Shown here: in pieces, positions 56,551-64,000 of the stretch
Position numbering within the stretch: the stretch's first letter is position 1
Layout of the letters: every line of letters begins with the position of its first letter
Origin: Octopus vulgaris
Lineage: Eukaryota
Length of the DNA: 64,000 nt
Direction of reading: 5' to 3'
Assembly (NCBI GenBank): GCA_951406725.2
Contig: OX597821.1
Coordinates: 35,898,001 to 35,962,000 of the forward strand
The notes under the pieces: model-generated
The model's database searches: none
Seen by the model: only the letters and a program-made list of their open reading frames with translations
What the model was told of the DNA's origin: nothing
Made by a program: the position numbers and the translations under genes

Positions 56551-57178
56551 TATATTCCTTATTATTCTTCCTTCTCTTTCTTTTTTCTTGTTGTTGTTGT
56601 TGTTGTTGTTCTTCTTCTTCTTCTTCTTCTTCTTTGTCTTCTTCCTCCTCCTTCCTAACTGTACTACTAATGCTGTTTAGAATAACAGCTACGCACATTT
56701 TATAAACAAAACATTAAAAAGAGATGTTTCCTTAATTGAACAGTCACAACTACCATCCACAGCGGGTCATTTTCGGGGTAGAGCAGCTAACCATTCAACA
56801 TACTACTATCACGGCACTCCCACATTTTCTTCTTCTTCTTCTTCTTCTTCTTCTTCTTCTTCTTCTTCTTCTTCTTCTTCTTCTTCTTCTTCTTCTTCTT
56901 CTTCTTCTTCTTCTTCCCAACAAAGATTTCACAACGGCCTCGAACCCACAAGAGTAAACAAGAGAGACAGATACTGGCAGAAACAAGGAAAATGTCACTT
57001 GTATTTGAATACTATGCAAATATTCTTTTAAAAAAACTTTTCCTTTAATTTTTCAAAATGTAATTGTTTCCCATACTTAATGCTGAAAAAGTCACAATGA
57101 CAGAAACCGGTACTGGAATGTTTTTTAGAAAATTATTTTAACATTTTCTATCTTGACTGGTGTGTTCCTTTTCAACTT

Positions 57179-57252
<74 letters not shown>

Positions 57253-57774
57253 TTTTTGCGTAATGAGATGAAAAACCAAGGCTGTATAGATATTAGCGCA
57301 TTTATAGTTAGAAGGTCTTACAGCTATCTCTCTCACTATATATATATATATATACATGTATGTATGTATGTGAATGTAATATGTGACGCTGTCAAAGATG
57401 TAGGTGCACACTTAAACTTAAAGAAAAAATCTAAAGTGAATCTCGAAACATATTGGCCAGGAAATTATGGACTGTTCCGCTGGTCAGATTGTGAGACTTT
57501 TACTGACTCAGACAATATAATAATTTAATAGCACATACACAGTTTATATACGCCAGGGAAAGACATAATAGTGGATTTCATTGCAATTCATCGGCCTACT
57601 ATCTAGTGAAAGTTGACATCGATCTAGGTGGTTTTCAAATGAAGAACAAAAAAGGCCTCAACTAAATACCTCGTTTTTCCAATCCACCAAGTCATCATTC
57701 ATACACATTATCGGTAAAAAAATGAGAATGCGAAGTGATAATTGGAATACAAATGTCATTCCACTTTCTCTTAC

Positions 57775-57820
57775 CTTTTACAAGCAGCAGGAAAGCAAAG
57801 ATAATTAAAGATTTCAGCAT
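57775..57820 (-). CDS. Galaxin-like gene B, coding exon 1 (signal peptide)
   Basis: Reverse complement reads ATG CTG AAA TCT TTA ATT ATC TTT GCT TTC CTG CTG CTT GTA AAA G|GTAAGA, identical to gene A exon 1. Confidence 0.85.
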
Positions 57821-57853
57821 CTTGGTAGCGTTTCGTTCAATTGCCACAACTAA

Positions 57854-57889
57854 GACTGATTCTTGAAAATTTTACAGCCTATATTTATA
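57854..57889 (-). promoter_or_regulatory. Core promoter of gene B: canonical TATAAATA box and Inr TCAGTC
   Basis: Minus strand GTATAAATATAGG...AATCAGTC with the same spacing as gene A. Confidence 0.65.
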
Positions 57890-58263
57890 CGTTTGGCGAA
57901 CAATTGAAACGAACAGCATCGCAATATTATACCTCAAATTTTATCTCCTCTCCACACCTTCGCAAAACCTGTGTGACAGGAATTTCGCATGAAAATGATT
58001 AAGAAATCAAGGGATGCAAATTTTCTAAGATTAATAAAAATTATCATTAATACAAATACCTGAAAGTTATTTTTACTCATCTGCTTTTGTTTGTAGGAGA
58101 TTTAATTATCTTTATTTAATTTTCTGTGATGGTGACAATTGAAAATATCACGTTTTGCAACATCTGTAAACAATACGTTGATTAATTGATTCTCACGCAG
58201 AGAATAAGTCACCAGTCACCATGTGAAATTTCTTTAAAATGAGAAGTATAATTTTGTCCAATC

Positions 58264-58325
<62 letters not shown>

Positions 58326-58359
58326 CATACATACATACATACATACATACATACATACA

Positions 58360-58391
<32 letters not shown>

Positions 58392-58506
58392 ATATTTCCA
58401 TCGTTTATAAATTATTTCCTCTCTTCTGATTGTTCTGAAACCACTCTGTTTCTCTTTCTGTCTATGTTCTCCATCTCCTTGCTTTTCTTTCTCTCTTATA
58501 TATATC

Positions 58507-58601
<95 letters not shown>

Positions 58602-58696
58602 TCTAATATCTATACACCATTGCTCTAATATCTATACAACAATGCTCTAATATCTATACAGCATTGTATTTTTATATCTCATTACGCAAAAACTTC

Positions 58697-58742
<46 letters not shown>

Positions 58743-58810
58743 GACCTTTTTGCGTAATGAGATAAAAAAATACAATGCTGTATAGATATTAGAGCATTTA
58801 TAGATAGAAG

Positions 58811-58862
58811 GTCTTACAGCTGTTTCTAGGATATTAATTAATAATATCCCTTCATCGGAGAC
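58811..58862 (-). ncRNA. Type I hammerhead motif (U4C variant)
   Basis: Minus: GTCT CCGATGA aGGGATATT attaatt AATATCCTa GAAA CAGCTG TA AGAC. Palindromic ACAGCTGT stem III, GUA triplet. Confidence 0.65.
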
Positions 58863-59883
58863 GGTGTGATAGGGAAAAGTAAGTCATAATTAGTTTCGAT
58901 GTGATACAAATAGAGAGTGAGGTGGAGAAAGAAAATAGATGTAAGATATGTATGGTTATTGAATTCGTAAATCCGTTTTATAGGCATAATCGTATATATG
59001 TGTAATATTCCAATATCCTTTAAGTAAAATTCAAAAGTCCAACAGAGTTTAATATGAGTCCATCCAGATATAGAGTTTATAAGCAATGTAAGATTCTCTT
59101 AAAGTTGGTCATTCCAAGTAGGGAATCTTATATAGAGTGTAGCAGATTCAAGGTTTGTATTTAAACTGACCAAGAAATAGGGAGTGTATTAGTATGGTTA
59201 AATTGATAACAGGTAGAGAGGAATGACAAAAGAAAAAAGGAGGAGAGAAAGAAAGAATGAGAGAGAAAGAACGAAGAAGATTAGTAAAAATAACAAAAAA
59301 TATACAAAACACAAAAAATAACAAAAAATAAATAATAAATAATTAGTTTTTGTTATTTTTACTAATTTTCTTTCTTCTTTCTCTTTCATTCTTTCTTTCC
59401 TGTTTTTTTTTTAAATATAATTTATTACCTGCAAATATTAAACATGTTCACTTACAGCTGTTTTGATTTTGCCCAACAGAATTAAAGTCCAGCAAGAAAA
59501 ATATTTTATTGGGCAAAATCTCGTCCAACGAGTTTAAAAGACATATTGTTAGGTTAATACATCTTATTCTCCCAAAATATCTCAGCAGACTAAATCTCTT
59601 TTAATTACTAATATTGGTATAAAACATGGTCAGGGATAATAGGTTCTATAAGGGCAATAATTGTTAAATGAATGTTAGATAATGTGTTGCAGTAATAAAA
59701 GTATCACATGAATGAGGAAATAAATCGCTAATTACTTTTAAATTTTGATTAAGAAATTAATTGAATTAATATGAAAAATAGATGAAGTATAAAATAATCA
59801 TAGTCAGAATGGACTTCAGTCTTATATATACACAGTGCACATATATCCATACATCTATACGTATAAGTATATATATGCATATA

Positions 59884-59992
<109 letters not shown>

Positions 59993-60187
59993 ATACAAAT
60001 TAGTAAATAAATGGCACAACTAAGTACCGATATTTACTGGAAATAGCGAACGTAGAAATACGACGCTAATGTGTAGCTTCACCGCGTATGTATTAGTAAA
60101 AATGCGTGTGTGCAACAAAATAGAGAAAAAAAACCGTCTTACCTCCAGGGAGAACATCTGAAAGATGAAACACCCGGAAAATGGATA

Positions 60188-60264
60188 ATGTGGTACCTGC
60201 AGATTTCAGGTTTTGCAAGATATGTCTCTCACCCATATTTGCTTTACCTTCTTCAGCCAAACAT
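60188..60264 (-). ncRNA. Type I hammerhead ribozyme, copy 1 of 431-bp array
   Basis: Minus: ATG-tt-TGG CTGAAGA AGGT..GCAA ATATG..CATAT c TTGC..ACCT GAAA TCTGCAGG TA CCA-CAT. Confidence 0.8.
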
Positions 60265-60618
60265 ATACCAAGACGAAACTACGATGTTACCACATTAATA
60301 CTAACACACTCGACTGAAATACGGAACGCTAACAGTACGAGAAACGGTGAACAAGTTTCAAAATATCAGTAATGCAATACAAAGTATTGCCTTCCAGTAA
60401 AAAGTAGCCCGTGAGGGAAAAATACACAAATTAGTAAATAAATGGCACAACTAAGTACCGATATTTACTGGAAATAGCGAACGTAGAAATACGACGCTAA
60501 TGTGTAGCTTCACCGCGTATGTATTAGTAAAAATGCGTGTGTGCAACAAAATAGAGAAAAAAAACCGTCTTACCTCCAGGGAGAACATCTGAAAGATGAA
60601 ACACCCGGAAAATGGATA

Positions 60619-60695
60619 ATGTGGTACCTGCAGGTTTCAGGTTTTGCAAGATATGTCTCTCACCCATATTTGCTTTACCTTCTTCAGCCAAACAT
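60619..60695 (-). ncRNA. Type I hammerhead ribozyme, copy 2 of 431-bp array (fully canonical)
   Basis: As copy 1 but with perfect palindromic stem III ACCTGCAGGT, GUA triplet and intact CUGAAGA/GAAA core. Confidence 0.85.
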
Positions 60696-61107
60696 ATACC
60701 AAGACGAAACTACGATGTTACCACATTAATACTAACACACTCGACTGAAATACGGAACGCTAACAGTACGAGAAACGGTGAACAAGTTTCAAAATATCAG
60801 TAATGCAATACAAAGTATTGCCTTCCAGTAAAAAGTAGCCCGTGAGGGAAAATACACAAATTAGTAAATAAATGGCACAACTAAGTACCGATATTTACTG
60901 GAAATAGCGAACGTAGAAATATATATATATGTACGTACATAGATGGATACACTCATATGCACGCATACACATTCAAGATGTGTATGTGACGGGCATCGTC
61001 ACCTCATTTTACATGTCCCTGTAAATTTTGGAGTCAATCCGACGGAATGTAGTGACCTTGAAAACGATCCAAGCGGTCGAGTCAAACAAACAAACAAACG
61101 CATTTCA

Positions 61108-61155
<48 letters not shown>

Positions 61156-61199
61156 TCAATAAATGGTGGGGTTGTGTTGACCGCACGTGGAGAAATGAT

Positions 61200-61995
61200 A
61201 AGTAAGGAAAAATTTTTTTTAAATGCAGAATGCTCAAATGAAAGAAAAATTTTTTAATAAAATGAGAAATTGATAAAATATATAAATATATATTTATTCA
61301 ACCGGTTTTCGTCATTGTATGACTTGTCAAGAATATTTATGTTTTAAGAAGTTTTTTTAAAAATTAGAAAGGGGAAAAAAAGAAAATTGCATTGTTATTT
61401 GTAAAAGAATAATGATAAAAATGTACAAAAATTAAAAAATAAGTTCTCCGATACATTGTAAGTTCGTTGTGTATCTTGAGTTTTATGGTTGTTTACGAAA
61501 AAATTACCTTGAGGTGTTAAGATCCAAAGGGATTAAGAGCATGTGTTGTGTTGTGTTGTTAAATTCAGCATGTTTGCAGGACAGGAAGTAGTAGTAATTG
61601 TGGTCCTGGTTCTTCAGTTCCTGTGTTGTGAGTAAGGGGAGACAACTCTTTTGAGTTCTTCAATAAAACCCAAATTATAAAACTATCATTTTAGCTTCAT
61701 TTGCATTATCTTTTTTATATAATTGCTTGTTAACTTAACTTTCAGATTTTAACACTTTATTTATATTATTTTCTAATAATATAAATCTGCATAGACAATT
61801 GCATTTCAAATTGTCATATCATTTATAATAAAAATGATAGTAATAACAACAATAGTAAAAATGATATTTAAAGAATATAAGTTTTAGCTTGAAGTGATAA
61901 ATATATATTTATATATTTTATCAATTTCTCATTTTATTAAAAAATTTTTCTTTCATTTGAGCATTCTGCATTTTTAAAAAAATTTTTCCTTACTA
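61200..61995. mobile_element. Element with ~95-bp inverted termini and a hammerhead next to the left terminus
   Basis: AGTAAGGAAAAATT...AAATATATATTTA (61201-61296) is inverted at ~61898-61995. Confidence 0.7.
61295..61345 (-). ncRNA. Minimal hammerhead motif, U3-A8 variant
   Basis: Minus: TATTC TTGACAA GTCAT aca ATGAC GAAA ACCGG TT GAATA. Confidence 0.6.
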
Positions 61996-62389
61996 TATAT
62001 ATATATATATAGTTTCAGATAAATCAGATAAACACTCACATACACAAACAATGTATGTATGTTTGCATGTATGTACCTGCGCATTAAATATACGCATATG
62101 TATACTTATACATACATATAGATTTATCTATACCTACATATATGTACATAAATCTCTCTGTGGTAATTCTCTGTGTGTGTTTGTGGTGTTGTTAGCTAAA
62201 TTCTTCTACATCATTGTATCAATTTGATGAAACCTGACACGTGAGTAGAAACCAAGACTGGAAACCTCATGCCAAACTCATATTCTTGAAAAAATCAATT
62301 ATAGGGCACCTAAAATGTATCCTTGTATACATCTAATATATTTTAGTTTAAAAAGCAAGGGAAATGACCTGATCGCACCTGGAGGATAT

Positions 62390-62432
<43 letters not shown>

Positions 62433-63257
62433 AGGGATATAACCCATTCATTTTCCTAAATTTATAAAAATGTAATTGAATATGTTAATTTCATAGTGTT
62501 TAAACTGTTAGAGTTATTTTCACAATATTTTCCTAAACAAGAGATCTACTTCCTTCGTTTGGTGACTTATTCACGAATATACCAACACTAGCACCGCTGA
62601 AGGTAATATTCTCTGGGGACGCGCAAAAGCCATTTTCAGAGTTGATTACTTTGTTATTATCTCATATCTGATCTGCCACTTATTACGTAACATACATCAC
62701 GATTTTAGTATTTCCTCCTATAATCTATATACTCTGTGAACGCACAAAAATCCTTTTTCTGGGCTACTTTATTTGAATTCTTACTATTGGGTTACTAATT
62801 TTATGTTATTACATAATTGACTTCACAATTCAGGTATTCATACCTTATTGGGTATTCCTAAAAACAAGATGCGCTACAAGACAGTTTGGTATTCTATGTA
62901 AATTCACAACAAAACGTTTTAAGGGCCACATACTTTTTAATGTTGTTATTGGATTAACGAGGCAATTATGAGAACGGAAAGAATGGATAAACCCCGATTT
63001 CTGTTTGTGAGGATGTTGTATTTTTGAGGTTTAAGAAATTAAAGTAACGTTACTTCGCCATTTTTTGGATCTTAATATCTTAATTTGTATATATACATAT
63101 ATATATATTTATATATATGTTTATTTTTATATATACTCAAATGAATATGGTACTTAATTTGAGGCACCTGAATTTAGTACGGCATTATCCATAAAATTTC
63201 GATTATATGGAGTTGCTTGAAACGGTCCTACTGCAGTATGTTTGGATATAGTTGTTG

Positions 63258-63306
<49 letters not shown>

Positions 63307-63857
63307 CCAATGTAGCTAATAGCTAGTTGCAAAATCTCAATAGGTGATGAGAGTAGTGACCTCGGTAGCAAGTAAAATTTATCGCCACACTTGTATGGCT
63401 GTTAAAAGTACATATGTTGTAACAAACCCCAACCTATTGTTAATCTAAAATGTTATATATATCAAAATAGCTGTGTACAAGTACCAAAATAGATATTAAT
63501 TTATGCATCTTTCAATGTAATCTAGTCCAACAATTCAACATTTGTATGTTGCATGACTGGTTTTCAATGAAAAACTCCTATTCTGCACAGGGATCAGTTT
63601 CAGATAAACCAGATAAAAATGCTAATTATTATATTATGGAGTCAAAGTAAATATTCGATATTTAGTCTTGCAAATATTTATAGAGAAACACATACACACA
63701 CATACACACACATTGTATGTATGTATGTATGTATGTATGTATCTATGCATATACGTATATGCGCATGAACTATGTAAATATATGTATACATTACATCCAT
63801 CCATACATACATATCTATGTATCTATGTATCTATATACCTATATATCTATCTATGTA

Positions 63858-63919
<62 letters not shown>

Positions 63920-63921
<2 letters not shown>

Positions 63922-63924
63922 ATA

Positions 63925-64000
<76 letters not shown>
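63920..64000. repeat. (AAT)n microsatellite; many other (TA)n, (CA)n, (TACA)n, (ATT)n, (CTT)n and (CT)n tracts occur throughout
   Basis: Read directly from the sequence. Confidence 0.95.

Larger units (their letters stand above)
59995..60921 (-). mobile_element. 431-bp hammerhead-bearing tandem array (~2.15 copies), retrozyme/pLTR-like
   Basis: TTAGTAAATAAATGGCAC at 60000, 60431 and 60861. Units almost identical, flanked by (TA)n. Confidence 0.88.

Noticed and set aside
57083-57125. Hammerhead remnant CTGAAAAA GTCA caa TGAC A GAAACCGGTA (and CTGACGG...GAAACACGTGTA at ~51778-51855)
   Set aside because: Core mismatches and weak stem I. Counted only as possible fossils, not as features.
60110-60803. 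Duplicated 62/63-aa ORFs
   Set aside because: By-products of the 431-bp non-coding tandem repeat, with no recognisable protein features.

Overview
AT-rich, microsatellite-dense animal DNA. The SINE families suggest an octopus genome (inference from recalled consensus motifs). Two main signals. (1) A roughly 44-kb inverted duplication (left arm ~19.1-38.85 kb, right arm ~48.56-62.83 kb, 9.7-kb spacer) carries two convergent two-exon genes for secreted galaxin-like dicysteine-repeat proteins (168 and 231 aa). Their 46-nt signal-peptide exons are missed by the ORF track. Signal exons are identical and the intron ends near-identical, but the mature N- and C-termini and the repeat number differ strongly. 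(2) About a dozen type I hammerhead ribozyme motifs (intact to degenerate), from several unrelated sequence families, lie in short tandem or inverted units, mostly in or beside (TA)n tracts (Penelope pLTR / retrozyme-like). Two unrelated arrays sit at the paralogous microsatellite upstream of each gene. The rest is decayed transposons (Penelope-like RT, R4/Dong-like, Tx1/L1, CR1-like, RTE-like, mariner, Helitron), SINEs, minisatellites and hairpins. All identities and counts are manual estimates and boundaries of decayed elements are approximate.
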